Positions 12,026-25,544 of a stretch of DNA of 64,000 nt are shown here, one piece after another (positions within the stretch are counted from its first letter, which is position 1; the number at the start of each line of letters is the position of its first letter). The DNA lies in the NCBI RefSeq assembly GCF_018977255.1, contig NW_024704743.1:22446001-22510000 (forward strand), written 5' to 3'. A program made the position numbers and the translations under genes. A model generated the notes under the pieces. The model ran no database searches. It saw nothing but the letters and a program-made list of their open reading frames with translations, and had not been told where the DNA came from. This stretch comes from Callorhinchus milii. Lineage: Eukaryota.

Positions 12026-13009
12026 GTGTGCACTCCCAACCACCTCTTCTCCAGGCTGAAAGGTTACTCCTTTTTGCACTGGATACATTATATATATATA
12101 TATATATATATTATTTATAGAGAGAGAGAAATACTTACTTATACTATTAAAAGGTGCCATTGCATAATGTCACAAATCCCAGCAAACACAACCACCCCAC
12201 CCCACCCCCACCCGAACTGCTTATTTTGTGACAGCAGCACCCAAAATGTTACCACTTGACATTGCAGATCAGGAATGCTGTCGCTGTTGTTTTGGTGGCG
12301 ATGCTGCCTTTTTGCACGATGCACAGTGTTTTGTTAATCGCTCAGCGCGGCGAGCGTGACTTAAACGGACTGCTCGGCACCGATCATTTTGCAGTGTGCT
12401 TCAAATTTAGCACGACTTCAATAGTCAAACGTAGAAACGTGCCACTCGCTGCCCATTCCAGCTTTGGTGAAATAGTCGTTTCAAATGCATTTGTGATTGT
12501 AGTTTGGGTCAGCTGGCAATCTCGAGCGTGCAGAAGCCCTTTGCAATACTTCCCAGAAAACTTAACAGGAGCAGTGTTTCTAGTTTCTGGAGTGAACAGA
12601 CTGCCCCTCAGATGGGGCATACGGGACTTGCTTACATCTAGAGGACATAAGTGCGGGATGGTAGAAGCCAAGGCATTAGGGAGCCAAACATGTGTATTGG
12701 GGTACTGCTGGATGAAGGATCTAAAACCGTGAAGGTTTTAGATCCTATAAGACAGCTTTTGATTTCTTGCCCAAGTTGGGTCTCTTTAGCCATTGGATCA
12801 TTGGCTTATCGTAAGTTGCGTGGGAAAATTCCTCCACTGTTCGCCTCTGGACAGAATTCTACCTACCTCCTCTTTTTGCCGCCTCGTACCATATAAGTGA
12901 ATGGCGTGTATATGGGTGGTGGATAATTATTGGCTTTGGTACTGACTGCATCGACTTGGATAGATGCTCACTCCACCGCATAGCGCTGGTCTGGAACCTC
13001 AGTATCTTT

Positions 13010-14630
13010 TTTGACCCTCAACTGTCATTCTAGCCTTATGAGAATTTCACTCGCTCAGTTTTCCCTCACCTCTACAACATTGCTTTCTTCCTTCTGTCTT
13101 CCTGGGCTGCTGAGATCCTCGTTTGCTCTTTCATCGCATCCAGACTTGACTGTTCCAATGTCCTGCGTGCCAGACTGTCCATCTCTTGCCCACACAAGCT
13201 GCAGAATATCCAGAACTCTAGGACTTGTGTCGTGTACCACACTGGCTTCTGCGAACCAATCAACCCCTCCTTGCTCAGCTGCAGGCACTCCCCATTCCCC
13301 CCAGCAGTGACTGCGAATCGACTAACAACTGGGATCCTACTTACTGCTAAGTAAACAGACTTAGGTGGAGTAAGGAAACCTGAATAGCATTTCGCCCTGC
13401 CGGGAATCAATCCCAGCTTCTCTCGCTTGCGAGGTAAGTGCTCTAAACACTAAGCAACAGGACTCCACAAATGGTAAACGCAGACTGGATTCTGCACTGC
13501 CCACAGCACTGAGACAGCGCTTGTCAAAGTCACAAATGACGTCCTCCCTTTTGTGTGTCCAGAGCTCCCTCTGCCTCCTTGTCCTCTCTGCAGCGTTCGA
13601 CAGTAGATCATGCCATTCTCCTTCACTGCCTCTCCCTCATACACCTCAGTGGGACTGCACTTGCCTGATTCGAGTCCTATTTAACCAATCACCATCACTT
13701 CGTCTCCACAGACATTTTTTCCTCCCGCCCCCTTTCGATTACCTGTGGTGTATCCCAAGTCTTCACCCTTGGCCCTTCCTTTTCCTTATTTACATGCTCT
13801 CTTTGGTGATGTCATCCGCAGACACGGTGTAAACTTCCACATGCATGTGGGACACCCAAATCTGCTTCTCCGGCCGCGACTCCAGGTCCGTTGATCTTCT
13901 GAGAGCTTGTTTGCTGGACATCAAGGCTGAGATGAGCACTAGGTTTCTGACTTATTCAACCTCTCGAGCTACCGAGCCTGTACATAACCTAGGCGTCAGA
14001 TTTGATCCCCGACTGTCCTTCCTACCCCACATCCCATTCCTAACCAGGAATGGTTTCCTCCACCCATATCATATTGCCCACCTCCGACTGTACCTTGTAC
14101 CCAATGTAGCCAAGACCCTCGTCCACGCTTTCTTCACCTCCCGCCTCGATTAATCCAATGCGCTCCTCGCTGGTCTTCACGGCTCTCCTGTGCACAAAAT
14201 CCAATTCATTCAGAACTCTGCTGCCCATATACTCACCCACGCCAGGTGCCATTGACTCCCTATCACGGAACAAATTGACTTCAAAGATCCTCATACTTGT
14301 CTACAAATCTCCTCATATCCTTGTATCTCCCTATCTTTTCGGCTTGCTCCTCCTCCTCACTCCACCACCCGTCACCTCTCCTCGGCTGACTGCTTGTCCT
14401 TTGTCCCCTCCGCTCCACCATTGGCGACCATCCTTTCAGTCACGATGTCCCCGAAAGTTTGGAACACTCTCCTTCAGTCTCTCTGCCTTGTCCCCTGCTT
14501 CCCCTTTTTGAGAGCACGGCTGGAGACCTTCCTCTTCAATTGTGCTTATGGTTGTCTCCTCCCTCCCCTCGGCTCGGCGCTCAGAGACCCCACATGAAGG
14601 GTTCTGTATAAATGCAAGTTGTTGTAAAAG
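13010..14630 (+). mobile_element. L2 LINE ORF2 fragments (decayed RT) interrupted by a minus-strand SINE-A 5' half at about 13312-13470
   Basis: HSTETALVKVTND, LSAAFD, LFLIYM, VHNLGVRFDPRLSFLPHI, KTLVHAFFTSRLD motifs in shifting frames; L2 tail at about 14610-14625. Confidence 0.9.
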
Positions 14631-14819
14631 CTTGCATGCATGTGATTGTACAGGAATTCGTATGCTGTGACCCCCATTATAATATAGCACCTCCTCAAAT
14701 ATTGGGAAGACTGCTTTGGTAAAAATAAGTAAGATAGTTGTTTTCACGTTTTTGTGATCGCGACTTAAAAAAAACATAGGAATAGAACTGAACAGTACTG
14801 GAGGTGGTCAATATATATT

Positions 14820-14960
14820 TATACTGTTGCCATGTTTACCTTTATATTTATTTTTATATCATGTCTTTTTTGTACTGTTGCCATGTTTACTTTTATGTTT
14901 ATTTTTATTTATATAATTTTTTTGTACTGTTGCCATGTTTACTTTTATGTTTATTTCTCA
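14820..14960. repeat. Three-copy minisatellite (tactgttgccatgtttacttttat.tttattt..., period about 52-55 nt) abutting a SINE 3' fragment (14960-15115)
   Basis: Unit starts at about 14822, 14874 and 14926. Confidence 0.85.
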
Positions 14961-15239
14961 CAATTGCTTGTGGGACACTGCTGTACGCAATTGGTTGCCG
15001 CATTTCGCCCACAAAATACAGTTAATTCACTTTACAGTATATTTTGTGAAGATCTTTGAGATATCTCAATTAATTGATAAGGTGCAATATCAAAAGCAAA
15101 GTTTAGTATTATTATTTGTTGTTTATATACTTGCTTTATATACTTCATATATTTCCCTTTCACTTGGAATAACTTTCATTTGCTTGAGTTTCTTTAGTAA
15201 GTATCAGCAATGTAGAAATGTCCTTTTTTTTAAAAAGAA

Positions 15240-16110
15240 AATTTGTATCGCGCTCTTCATGTTGGAAAGACGTCCCAGGGCGCTGGACAGTCGGGGATTT
15301 TTGGACCCGAGTTGGGGTCAGGAAGGGTGGAGGGGAGGTGGGGGTGGGAGGGTGGCTGAAGGCACCGTCGAAGCGGGAGGTCTTTAGACGGGACTTGCGG
15401 GGGGAGAGCTTTGGAGGGCTTTGAAGGTGAGAACGAGTGTTTTGTACTCGATTCTCTGAGGGATGGGGAGCCAGCGAAGCCGGGCAAGAACAGGGGTGAT
15501 CGGTTCGCAGAACCTGGTGCAGGAGAGGACATGAGCTGCAGAGTTCTGAATAATCTGTAGCTTGTGGAGGGAAGAGTTGGGAAGTCCAGCGAGCAGGCAG
15601 TTGGCGTAGTCAAGGACGCGATGAAAGCGTGGACACGGGGTCTCGGTCTTGGCGGCCTGCGGTAGGAGGCAGGGGCGGAGACGAGGAATGTTGCAGAGGT
15701 GGGGAAAGGTGGAACGGGTCACCGCGCGAATGTGGGGCTTGAAGGATAGCTGAGGGTCAAAAAGGACACCGAGGCTTTGTATTGGTGAGGAGTGCAGCTA
15801 TGAATAGTGATAATGTCAGCGGCTGACGTGAAGAGGCGTTGCCAGGAGCCAAGCAGGAGGGCCACTGTCTTGCCAACATTGAGCTGGAGGAAGTTGGCTC
15901 TCGCCCAGGGCTTGATGTCAGACAGTCAATTAGCCAGGACATCAATGGTCCTGGAGTCGAAGGTGGAGACGGTGAGTTAGAGTTGGGTGTCATCCGCATA
16001 CATGTGGAAATTGAACCCATGCCTGCGGTTGACATCACCGAGCGGAAGTATGTATGGATTGCAGAGGAGGGAGAGCGAGGACGGAGCCCCGAGGGACGCC
16101 CACAGCCCTT
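15240..16110 (-). mobile_element. L2 LINE ORF2 3' part
   Basis: [52 protein letters not shown] on the minus strand, with the L2 tail at the left end. Confidence 0.92.
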
Positions 16111-16584
16111 TTGGTCAAAGTTCCCATTGCTTGGGATCACTTCTGTTTTCAAAAGAGGAATCTGTTAGCTTTTGTTGCAGAGGTGGAACATTTCATTCAG
16201 CATCTATTATCATTGTGTCTATTCAAAAACAATTTTTAAAAAGTCCTTAAGGTGAAGTGTTAATAATACTCTTATCACCCATTATTAGAATTACCACTTA
16301 TTCTTTGGGACCTAGTTTTCAACCTACGTCAAAATCAGTTACTATAATAACTTTGCTTTGTGGTTCAACAGAAATATTTTAGTGTGATTTAGCTAAAATA
16401 AGTATCCGTTTGCTAATGCTAAATTTGGTCTCTTTTTGTTCCACTTCGAAAATGAAGCAAATCGTTCCTACTCGGGGAGGAAATTTAGCACCTTTCTTAA
16501 ATTTCTCATCTAATTAATTTAATCTAGAATTAAAGGTTGGTAATTTACTTTGGCAAAGTGGATATTTCGTCTTGGCAGCTCATG

Positions 16585-16875
16585 TTGTCAGGCTGACTCA
16601 GTTGGTAGCTTATCACTCTTGCTTCTGAGTCAGAACGTTGTGGGTTCAAGCTGCCTCTCAGGATTTTTAACTCAATCTGAGTTGACACTCCAATGCTGTG
16701 CTGGGAATGCGGCATTTTTGGAGGTTCAATCCTTCAGATAAACGAAGAAACCATCTGCATGTTCAGGTGGAGGTCAATATCCATTGGCACTATTTGAAAA
16801 GAGAAGGAAGCCATTAATCCTCGAGTTGATTTGTATCATAGCTGTGTGCAAATTGGCTGCTCTATTTGGCCATAT
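16585..16875 (+). mobile_element. Deu-domain SINE, degenerate
   Basis: ctcagttggtagc...ctgagtcagaacgttgtgggttcaag head, ccttcagataaacg / ttggcactatttgaaaagag Deu-like core. Confidence 0.65.
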
Positions 16876-17464
16876 TAAATTCAAGGATTGTTATCCCTGT
16901 TGAAATTTTGCATCGCTCTGACCACCCCAAGGCAATCAAACAAATTTCAAAATATCTTTCGTCCCTATGTCTGCACTGTTCATCTATAGGGAGGGAATCC
17001 ACACAGATGCTTACTTCCCTATTTCCAGCATCACTAAAACCTTTGTGCTCCACTGAATATTCAGTAAACTCTGTACATCTCTCTAACCTTTGATCCCATT
17101 CCTAACAGTTTGTGAGATCAGTTATAGTATTTGCACAAGAGGTAATTTATTCTGCATTTGTTACTTTTACTGGGAAATTGATTCACATATCTACCGTCCT
17201 GTTGGGGGAAGGGGGATTTCTTATCTTTAGTACTTGGCAACTTTGTACTTCGATCTTTTAGTTCTAGATTCGCATTCCACAATTTAAAAAAAACTGTTTA
17301 CATCCACAAAAATGCATTTTGGCTTTTGAACACCTATTTGTTCCAAGGAAAATAACAACAAAAATATGAAAGGACATTTGTATATTGCTAATATTTACTA
17401 AAGAAACAAAAGAAAATTAAAGTTATTCCCAGTGAAAGGGAAATAAAGAAAGTATATAAACGAA

Positions 17465-17690
17465 GAATAATAATCCTTGCATTTGATATAGCGCCTTATC
17501 ATGTCTTCGAGACATCTCAAAGCGCTTCACAGAATACACTGTCAAATTAATTAAATGTATATTTTGTGGGCAAAACGCGGCAGCCAATTACACACAGCAG
17601 TGTCCCACAAACTGTCGTGGACTGAGTGACCAGAATATTTTAAAATTTATTTTTTTGCGGGGATTATTATGACTGGAAAAGCGATCCGCT
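17465..17690 (-). mobile_element. SINE family A 3' portion
   Basis: Same tail and body as the 6740 copy. Confidence 0.85.
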
Positions 17691-18756
17691 TAACAATAAC
17701 AACTTGCATTTAAATAGTGCCCTGCATACAGGGTAGCGTTTCAGAGCGCAAATACAAAAATAAGTTTTGTATTTGTTCCACGTTCTGCATCTCGAATGCA
17801 TTGATGACCTTTTAAGCGATGAGATGCCACAAACTACACTATTTAAATGTAGCTTCACAAGTGATCTGAACAACTTCAGAATAACTTTAGTCTTTCAGAT
17901 TAATTCTGTCATTTATTTTGCTTCACATCAACTGGTAACATTTAGCGAAAGGTCAATCTATCCAGATCCATTTTTTATTAAATGGATATGAGACTTGTGC
18001 TTTTTTTGTTCCAATATTTAGTTACATTTATGTACGTAAAAGTCAGTCTTGCATTCCTTGCTTATTACCCAGTTGATTTGGACGTTGGCTGCACAACTTT
18101 GTGTTCAATATTGTTTATGAACAGTGTGAACAGTAGGGATTCCAGAATAACCCTCTGTTACTATCTCAGTCGCAGCCTTTTCCATTTATTATTCTCTGTT
18201 TCCTATTACCAAGTGAGATTCCAATCAGTTGGCTAATTTGCATCAATTCCATGAGGTTTAACACTTCCTTTTCAAAGTTTAAGTAATTTGAATCAATCTT
18301 CTTCATCTGCTAAATGTAGTTACAAATCTGTGGGGAAACTTTGAAAAAGTTTCAATGCCTTATTATTGCTTCTACATCAACAAGAGCAGACAAAATGGTA
18401 AAATTAACCATGTCAAGTCTTGACTATCTAAGAGTTTACCAGCAAATAAAAGATCAGCAATAAAGCTGATCACTGGGCAAACCGGACAGAACTATTGTCT
18501 GCTATGTCTTCATTGCTAACTTGTGTACATTTTGATTTTCCAGAATAATGGCTGATATATAACAAGAGGTGTGCTGTGTCAACTCAATTAACACTCCCAG
18601 CCCACACCCTTGGTTTAAGTTGACTTGTTCACAGGAGTGTTGAGCAATTTGCTGAGTTGTGTAGCCTTCGTATTTCTTTTCCTCCCTGTGGTAAAATGCC
18701 TAAGCTGTTAATCATTGCTCCCACTTAGCATACTGACTAAGCGAATGAGGTTAAAC

Positions 18757-19620
18757 AAAAGGCAAGGTACTGCAGATGCTGGAAATCTGTCATAAACACA
18801 GAAGTCGCTGGAAACATGCAACAGGAAAGGCAAAATCCATGGAGAGAGGAAAATGAGTTAAGATTTCAGGTCTATGACCTTTCGTCAGAACTAGGGGATG
18901 TTGGGAGTAGATTATAAGGACAAGCAGAGAAGGGGGCGGGGAAAGAAAGACAAAAGTAAACATTTTTAGATGGAGGACAGAAGATGATGATAATCATAAT
19001 CCTTGCCTTATGTAGAGCGCCTTATCATGTCTTCAAGACGTTTCAAAGCGCTTCACAGAATATACCGTAAAGTGAATTGACTGCATATTTTGCAGGTGAA
19101 ACGCAGCAGCCAGTTGCGCATAGCAATTGGAAAAACTGGAAAAGCGATCTGTCAATCGACTAACAACTGGGTTCCTACTTACTACTAGGTAAACAGAGGC
19201 GTGTGGAATAAGGAAACTTGTGTAACGTTTCGCCCTGCTGGGAATCAAACCCAGGTCTCTCGCTTGCGAGGCAAGTGTTCTAACCACTGAGCTACAGGAC
19301 TCCCACGAGTCATGATGAAATTAGAGGTGTTGATGGTGCAAGACAAGAGGCAATAGCGGAATTATAGAACGAATGCACATCTAAGAACCAGAGAATGTGT
19401 TAATTGGTTATAGAAGAGGATGCGGGGAGGCAAGGCTGAGAGAAGGTGGGAGCTGTGGTTAGGGTCCGAAGTGATTGAAATCAACGTTGAGGCCAGAGGG
19501 CTGTAAGGTGCCCAAGAGGTGGATGAACTGCTGTTCTTCGAGCTTGCGTTGAGCTTCGTTTGAACAGCGTAGGAGGCCATGGACAGAGAGGTCACAATAG
19601 GAGTGGGAAGGAGCAAATGA
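18757..19620 (-). mobile_element. Penelope-like retroelement 3' end (GIY-YIG endonuclease C-terminus plus terminal repeat), interrupted by SINE-A at about 18990-19305
   Basis: Minus strand about 19611-19459 translates PSHSYCDLSVHGLLRCSNEAQRKLEEQQFIHLLGTLQPSGLNVDFNHFGP*, the typical PLE GIY-YIG tail (E...I..LGTL.P.GLN). Terminal repeat at 18757-18893. Confidence 0.85.
18990..19305 (-). mobile_element. tRNA-headed SINE family A, long form with internal deletion, nested in Penelope
   Basis: Head ggagtcctgtagctcagtggttag at the right end, tail at the left. Confidence 0.9.
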
Positions 19621-20556
19621 GGTTGCGTGCGTGTCTTTTGGGGAATTGTGGATACAAACTCACATCCTCTATGGCTCAGCATATCAGTAGCCCAACGTTG
19701 CTGTGGCACCCTGCAGCCTAAATTACAAAAAGATAGTTCAGTTTATTTGTGACAAGACCAACGATAATAACTGTCTTGAGACAGACCTTGAAGGAGGTGA
19801 AGAAAGGGGTCAGGCAAAACTACTTAGAGATGGAGTTCCGGAGAGTGGAGGCTGATAGGCTGAAAAGCCGACAGCGAGGGTGGGCAGGGGTTGTGACGCA
19901 GGCTAGTGCCCGCTGAGTGAGGGCGCGTGTGGGTTGATAAATTTTAAGAATGGTGCAGAGGAAGCGTGTGGCCAAAGGGATGTAAAAGTGTGGATGAGGA
20001 TCTTGCGCTTCATCCTCTGGGGGACGGGGAGGCAATGGATCTGGGAGGGGGCAGGGGTGATTTTTAGAGCCTAGTTTTAAGGACCATGTCTATAATTTCT
20101 ATAGGTTTACCTTTTTTTCGTCAGCTGGGTATTTGACACACTTGGAAATTAATCTTGATTATGAATCTGCAAACCAAGCAAATTTCCATATGTAAGTATG
20201 GTAATCATTTGTCTGATATGGAGTGCACGCTCTTTTCCCAGAGGAATGCTCCTGCTTACCTAATCTTGGAAAGTTTAGATGCAGGTTGGCAAGAAGTATA
20301 GTTTGGGGATGCCAGATTGTACACCTAAAACTGCAGTTTACCATTGTGAATCCTGGTATGCTTCCTGCTGCTGTCCAGCTATAACCACCTTACTCATTAA
20401 GGGTTTTGACTTACAGTGTTAACAGGAGCTGAGTGGGAAGAATCCCATTCCCTGGGGGCTGGTTTGCCTCTCCAAGTGTTACTAACAAACCCGGTGGCTG
20501 GTCTAATATCAGTCGTGCCTTTGAGTATTGTGTACAAGCCTGACTGAACAACTGAA

Positions 20557-20798
20557 CGCAAAATACTGCAGATGCTGGAAATCTGAAACAAAAACCGAAG
20601 TCGCTGGGAATGCTCAGCAGGTCAGGCAACAGCTATGGAGAAAGGAAAGCAAGTAAGCGTTTCGGGTCCACAACCCTTCGTCAGAACCGAACTTCAGTTC
20701 TGATGAAGGGTCGCGGACCCAAAAGGTTGACTCACTTTCCTTTCTCCACAGGTGCTGCCTGAGCCGCTGAGTTTTCCCAGCGACTTCTGTTTTTATTG
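20557..20798. mobile_element. Inverted pair of Penelope terminal repeats forming a fold-back element
   Basis: Left arm (about 20585-20687) is the reverse complement of the right arm (20697-20798); 9-nt spacer. Confidence 0.85.
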
Positions 20799-21304
20799 GA
20801 CAACTGAAGACTGTCACAGAAGGAGAATGCTCAGCTGCAAAGATAATGGCATTTCAGTATCACAGAGCTAAATTTAAATGTGGACTTACCAGTTCATTTT
20901 TCAGGTTACATGATCCATTTTGACCTGACCCAATGCCCCCGAGGGGCATTGCAGTGCATGATTAGCTTTGCTGATGATTGCTTCACGTGGACTTCATTCT
21001 GTCAGTGACTGGTTAACAATGCATCCCAATCAGTCTTTGCTGTTGACATCCATCTGTTTTACGCTTGTTTCTTGTATGTACTATCTTGCAGTTGGCCATG
21101 TTATCTGCTTAATATCTCTTTGAATGCTATCATTTACCCATAAGCAAATAGTCTGATCATGTAAGCTGGAGACGTCAACTTTTATTAAAAAAATTAAATA
21201 CTTCTTGCCATTTTTTATGATGTATGTAAACAGCTGGGGATCCAAAGCAAATACTTGATGAATTCCTCAAGCTACTCTTTGCCCAACAAGCAAGCCCTCT
21301 TCAT

Positions 21305-21865
21305 CTTATCACCAGTTACCCATTCCGCCTTTCCCCACCTCTGCAACATTGCTCGCCTTCGCCACTGCCTCTCACTGCAGGCTGTCGAGACCCTGATCCA
21401 CGCTTTCATCGTGTCCTGGCTTGACTACGCCGACTGTTTGCTCGCTGGACTTCCCAACTCTTCCCTCCACAAGCTGCTGATTATTCAGAACTTTGCAGCT
21501 CGTGTCCTCTCCTGCACTAGGCTCTGCGAACCTGTTGCCCCCGTTCTTGCCTGGCTTCACTGGCTCCCCATCCCTCAGAGGATCGAGTACAAAACACTCC
21601 TTCTCACCTTCAACGCCCTCCACGGTCTTGCTCCCCCCTACATTTACGACCTCCTAACCCCATATCAGCCTGTCCGCTCCCTCCGCTCGGCAGACACCAG
21701 CCTACTTCAGGTCCCCCGCACTTCCTGCCCCACCATTGGCGGTCGGGCATTCAGCATCTCTGCCCCCACATTCTGGAACTCTATCCCCCAATCCCTCAGC
21801 CTCACCCCTCTCCTGCTTCCTTCAAGCCTTGTCTAAAGACCTTCCTCTTCGACTTTTCCTTCGGC
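21305..21865 (+). mobile_element. L2 LINE ORF2 C-terminal fragment, largely intact reading frame
   Basis: ETLIHAFIVSWLDYADCLLAGLP...PVLAWLHWLPIPQRIEYK...RSLRS...GGRAFS..APTFWNSIP. Confidence 0.93.
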
Positions 21866-21894
21866 CAGGTAGTACTGGTGTTATATTAATAATT

Positions 21895-22280
21895 AATAAT
21901 AATAAATCATCCTTGCACTTGATATAGCTCCTTACTTATCATGTTGCTGAGACTTCTCAAAGCACTTCACAGAATATATTGAAAAGTGGATTGACCATAT
22001 ATTTTGTGGATGAAACGCGCACAGCAGCTAATTGGGGACAGCAGCCTCCCACAAACAGTCGTGGATTGGGTGACCAAATTATTATTATTTTTTTGGGAAG
22101 GGATCATTACCCCCAGAAAGTGATCCACCAATTGACTAACAACTGGGTTCTTACTTACGGCTAGGTAAACAGAGGGTTGGAGTAAGGAAACTTGCCTAAG
22201 GTTGCGCCCTGCCAGGAATCAAACCCCAGTCCTCTCTTGAGGTGAGGCGAGTGCTCTAACCAATACACTACAGGACTCTA
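21895..22280 (-). mobile_element. tRNA-headed SINE family A, long form
   Basis: Alignment by eye to the 8206 copy. Confidence 0.88.
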
Positions 22281-22569
22281 TGCTGTTCTGCAGATATTTC
22301 CAATCCATATATATGTTCTGGTAATGATCATTGAAAACCATTTACCACCAAAGGAAATTCTAAATTGGCTGAAAAAGCACGATTGTAAAGATCTTCAATA
22401 CAATAGCGAAAGACCTTTTAAATTGTCTTTTAGTGGCAATCTCGCTGAATAATACATTGTTTTGGAAATCATTGTACATACATTTTACTTGTAAGATCTT
22501 CAATGGCACAAGATTTTTAGTAGAATTCAAATGAAACCAGGTCCAAAGTACACTTGAGACAACTATTGT

Positions 22570-23480
22570 GAGGATCCTAAGCACGATCGAAGAGGAAAGT
22601 TTTCAGGCAGAACTTGAAAGAGGGGGCAACACGGAGGGATTCGGGGAGAGAGTTCCAGAGTTTGGGGATGTAGTGGCTGAAAGCACCACCTCCGCTGGAG
22701 GGTACGAGGGACGAGCAGGAGGCTTGTGCCAATTGAGCGGAGGCACTGGGTGGTGGATTGGGGAGTGAGGAGATCGGAGCGGTAAGGAGATGCCAGGAAG
22801 TGAATGAATTTGAACACGAGAGTGAGAATCTTGAAGTTGATCCATTCGGTGATTGGGAGCCAGTGGAGCCTGGCCAGAACATGTGGACATTTACGCAGGG
22901 GGAGCATATAGATGAGGAAAAGAAGAGGATGGAGCCCTGGGGTACCCTGTAGATGACCGGGCGGGGGTGGGAGGAGAAACCATTTGCTGAGATTAAATGC
23001 AGGCGGTTGGTTAAGTAGGTCTCGAATCATGCGAGTGCAATCTCACTAAGGTAGATGAGGGAGGAGGGCTGATGGAGGAGAATGGCGTACTTGACTTTGT
23101 CGAACACGGCAGAGATCCAGGAGGACGAGGTGGCAGAGATAGAAAGAATGGAGTTTGTGACTTTGACAATTGCTGTCTCTGTGCTGTGGGCAGGGTGAAA
23201 ATCAGACTGCAGGGGCTCGAGGAGAAAGAGGTGTGACCGAAGTTGACCTTCAGCAATGCGTTCCAGGACTTTGGCAAGGAAGGGTATGTTGGAGATGGGA
23301 CGGTAGTGTGAGAGATTAGAGAGATCGAGGGTGGTTTTTTTGAGTAGAGGTGTGATGATAGTGGCTTTCAGGGGGTGTGGAACAGGGCCTGAGGAGAGAG
23401 ACTGGTTGACCGTGTCGACCAGCAGTGGGGAAAGAAGGGGGTGTTGGGGAGGATGATGCAGCCGAGCGGATGTTCTCAAT
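22570..23480 (-). mobile_element. L2 LINE ORF2 fragments with internal deletions
   Basis: ITPLLKK..LD.SNLSHYRPISNIPFLAKVLE, QSDFHPAHSTETAIVKVTN, HVLARLHWLPI. Confidence 0.92.
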
Positions 23481-23564
23481 TTTTACTCGGGCCTTTCCTG
23501 TTTCTTCTATGCATTAATGACCTGGATTTGCAGACAATGTAGGCTACTTAAAATTGCAAATGAG

Positions 23565-23815
23565 TTGGGGGAATTGTGGAATCAGGGGCGGTGGCAAATT
23601 TCTTGGAAAGAGAGCTTGGTAGGGTATGCAGATGGACTGGTAGCTGACAAATGAAGTTCAATAAACCGATGCTGCATATAAGAAGCAAGAATAGCAAATG
23701 CGTGTACTTCATGGATGGAATAGAACTTGTCAAGGGAGAGGCTAGAACAGATCTAGGGGTCTTAGTTGACTCAACACTCACCATATCAAAACAGTGGGAG
23801 GCAGCAAAAAAACAA
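23565..23815 (+). mobile_element. CR1-type LINE RT C-terminal fragment
   Basis: QMKFN...LHI...N...Y.MDG.EL......DLGVLVDS.L motif. Confidence 0.8.
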
Positions 23816-24214
23816 GACAAGCAGGATACTGGGCTAGTATCTGCACGATATCTATTCACCCGAGTAGGGTGCTTGATAGTTAGTAGCATGAAAATTAATT
23901 GCCAGTGTAGGCATGGTCTCGATGTGGTCTATCATTCAATCCATATAAAATGCTTATATTTTGAATATATAACTTGGGGAAATACATGGGTATCTGCTTT
24001 CCTTTTCTCCATATTGGAATTGGTTTACTGGTTATTTCCTAGCAACTGTCATCTAGTGATGATGAAATGATCTTATTTGGCACCTTTCATGTCGGAAGGA
24101 TCCCTGAAAGCGCTTTCCCAAAATTTACTGTAAATCGTGGTGACTGTACTTTGCACGTGAAAGCAATGGCCACTTTGTGCACAGTAGTGTGCCACAAACA
24201 ACCATGTATAATAT

Positions 24215-24585
24215 AATAATAATCCTTGCATTTTATATAGCGCCTTCTTAAAGTGCTTCACAGGATGTACTATAAGGTGGTGTGAATGTGCATTTTGTGG
24301 GTGAAACGCAGCAGCCAGTTGTGCACAGCATTGTCCCACAAATAACCATGAAGTAAGTGATGAATTTTATTTGGGGTATTTGTTGGCCAGGACCCTGGGA
24401 GAAACTCCCTCCTCTTTTTGAATAGTGACATGGCATCTTAATATCTATGCGCACAGGCAGATACGACCTCGGTTTAACGTCTCATCCGAAGGACTGAACC
24501 TCCAAGAATGCATCGCGGCCCCAGCACCTTTTGGAGTATCAGCTTAGACTGTGTGATTCCAAATCCCGACCAGAGCTGGAACCCA
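24215..24585 (-). mobile_element. Deu-domain SINE (best-preserved copy), flanked by further SINE/L2 tail pieces
   Basis: Minus strand gtccttcggatgagacgttaaaccgaggtc...ttaagatgccatgtcactattcaaaaagag...gggtcctggcc matches the recalled Deu domain of AmnSINE1/SINE3-type elements. Confidence 0.8.
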
Positions 24586-25544
24586 CAATAATAATAATAA
24601 TAATCCTTGCATTTGATATAGTGTCTTATCACCTTTTGTCTCAGAGGCAAGAGTGCCATCACTGAGCCAAGCTAACAGTGAAGTGAATGACAATTTGTTT
24701 TCCTCCGGGGAATTATTGGCTGTTAAAGTGAAAGGTAGACTGGCCCAAAACCACCCCAAAGGTACCTTGAGAACTTAATATGAATTCATTTCTGGTAATT
24801 ACAATATTTACAACCTTAAAAACTATGTCAGTGTAAACCAATTTCTTCTGTTTGGTTGTGCACTAGAACATTATTCACTTTTATTACACCAGTTAAACTG
24901 TCATGTTATCCATTTCCATTAAGCAAGTACACTCGTGTACTGCACAGTGGCACACATGGACTGGCTACTGCAGTTGAGTCTGTTCAGCTTAACAATAAAT
25001 CATGTTTGCTATTGGCAAGAAATGGATTAGACTGCCAAAGAGGTGTTGATTGGACTGTTTAGTAAAGCTGAAGAAATGACCTGAATGTACAACACAATAG
25101 ACTGACTGGAAACCTCGAAGTGTCGGCAGTTTCTCCCTCTCCCGTAGATTTTTGTTTATCACAGAATATTTTAGGGTGCACAGTGGGGGGTGTAAAATGC
25201 ATTTGTTACAAACTGGATTAGTTGCATTGCAAATTCTGGTTTGCAAACGTTGGATTGTGACATTTGCAAAATGGTACATCTTGAATCAAACGCCACAAGA
25301 TATCTCAAGTGGAAGTCACTGTAAATGCAGCCATTTCCAGTTAGCAAATATTTCGCTTTCAGCCCCAGTGTAGATTCTGTCTGCAGTGAATATATTAATA
25401 ATAATCCTTACATTTAGTATAGTGCATTTTAAGTCAGGAGGACATCCCAAAAGATTTGACAAGATGTACAGGATGTACTATGTAGTGCAGTGACTGTTTT
25501 GTCAGTGAATTTGCAGTCAATTTGTGCACAGCAATGTCCCACAA

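Noticed and set aside
14820..14960. Repeat-spacer-like array resembling CRISPR
   Set aside because: AT-rich eukaryotic minisatellite; the spacers are themselves similar and there are no cas genes.
21255..21836. 193-aa ORF
   Set aside because: 5'-truncated L2 ORF2 C-terminus, not a host gene.
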